NCBI GenBank assembly: GCA_002633005.1
Contig: NMRA01000026.1
Coordinates: forward strand, 1,446,710 to 1,510,709
Length of the DNA stretch: 64,000 bases
Source: Phoronis australis
Lineage: Eukaryota > Animalia > Phoronida
Reading direction: 5' to 3'
The notes under the pieces were generated by a model. The model was given only the letters and a program-made list of their open reading frames with translations. It searched no databases and was not told the origin of the DNA. The translations under genes and the position numbers were made by a program. This document shows, piece by piece, positions 63,009 to 64,000 of the stretch (its first letter is position 1; every line of letters begins with the position of its first letter).

Positions 63009-64000
63009 CTGACAAGACAACAGTCATACAAACACATATTATAGCAAGCTCATTCTTAACAGTGTTATACGCTAAAATAGGAGTTGCAGCTGAATAGCTT
63101 TCGGAGTGTGTCATGTACTGGAGTTTGAAGAATTTAAGCTTCCAAAACAGAAAATTCATGATCTTTGTTGAAATACAATTACATTTTACTAAGCTATGAC
63201 GCAAATCAACAAAGAAATCAAAAACACAGGCAAGAATGTCAAAGAGCATGCCGAACAAAAAAAGTTGCACTCCTGAAATTTCATCAACTAATTCACAAGA
63301 AGACTTTTATTAACTTTTCATGGGCAATAAGTTTAAAAATTCCAAGCTACAGCTGCAGTACATGTTTGTCAGTGGAAAGCTCCAATGATGTCAATCTAAA
63401 TCTGGGTTAAGCCTCAAAAACATATGTCAGGTCCACCATCGTTAACAATAAACAAAAAAACAGAGACAAATATAATACAATGATTTACTGAATTCAGTGA
63501 CAATTAGAACTTCTTAACTTTCAACTCAAACGATATTTACAAAGTTGCATCATGTTTTAAGTTGTTTTGCCCATAGCCTTGTAAAATTGGCAGCAGAATT
63601 AGTTCAAGCGAATAAACACTTTCATGCTCTCCCAATGCTAAGGGCTGTTCCAGTAAAATCCATGTGGGAGGGGACGGCAGTAGAAATAAAAATTTATTTG
63701 TGGTGGTCTTCAGAAAAAAACTCAAATTATGGGTGGTCGTTCCTGTAAAAAGTGATGCATAAAAAATGAGTGGTATTTTTTGACCTGTTAATGTTGACAG
63801 GTTGGTTACAAAACTCAAAAAAATGCAATTGGCATATATCCTAACTTATCTCAATACAAAAAAGCCCATATTGCCCGTGAACAGAGAGCAATATGTTCAC
63901 TAAGCCATTAATCAAGTCATGGGCAACTTGATTTGGGGCAACTGTTTGTCTGCAGTCCTATTGAATTGAAAAGTTATGCAACACTAAACTGGTGTTAACA

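Noticed and set aside
62785-63270. 161-aa minus-strand ORF
   Set aside because: Alternative frame across intron and exon. The splice-phase-consistent frame is the R/D-rich one at 62797-63008.

Overview
AT-rich genomic DNA from an intron-containing animal, most likely a marine invertebrate (inferred from the gene and repeat types; the species cannot be named from this window), with one 273-nt assembly gap at 24642-24914. Five protein-coding genes are supported. (1) A RAB40-family small GTPase with SOCS box on +, five coding exons from 13692 to 30679; its first exon lies upstream of the window. (2) An intact arylamine N-acetyltransferase (NAT)-like gene (20379-21251), with one coding exon, nested on the same strand inside a RAB40 intron. 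(3) An unrecognised intronless two-TM membrane protein on - (41384-42187). (4) A complete six-exon tektin-4 (54813-58233, 447 aa). (5) The 3' exons of a probable SAFB/SLTM-like RNA-binding protein on -, convergent with tektin. Introns and intergenic DNA are packed with non-autonomous elements: TTAA-flanked Kolobok-like elements, hAT MITEs with 8-bp or 5-bp TSDs, TA-flanked pogo-like MITEs, Helentron/HINE-like elements, tRNA-derived SINEs and minisatellites. The most interesting observations are the nested NAT gene, which appears to have its own promoter and whose splice acceptor is in frame with RAB40 exon 2; a HINE carrying a phased array of CTCF-like motifs; three different transposons chained through shared TTAA sites; and an E-box/RFX/forkhead cluster in the tektin promoter. 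All calls were made by eye, with no database searches.
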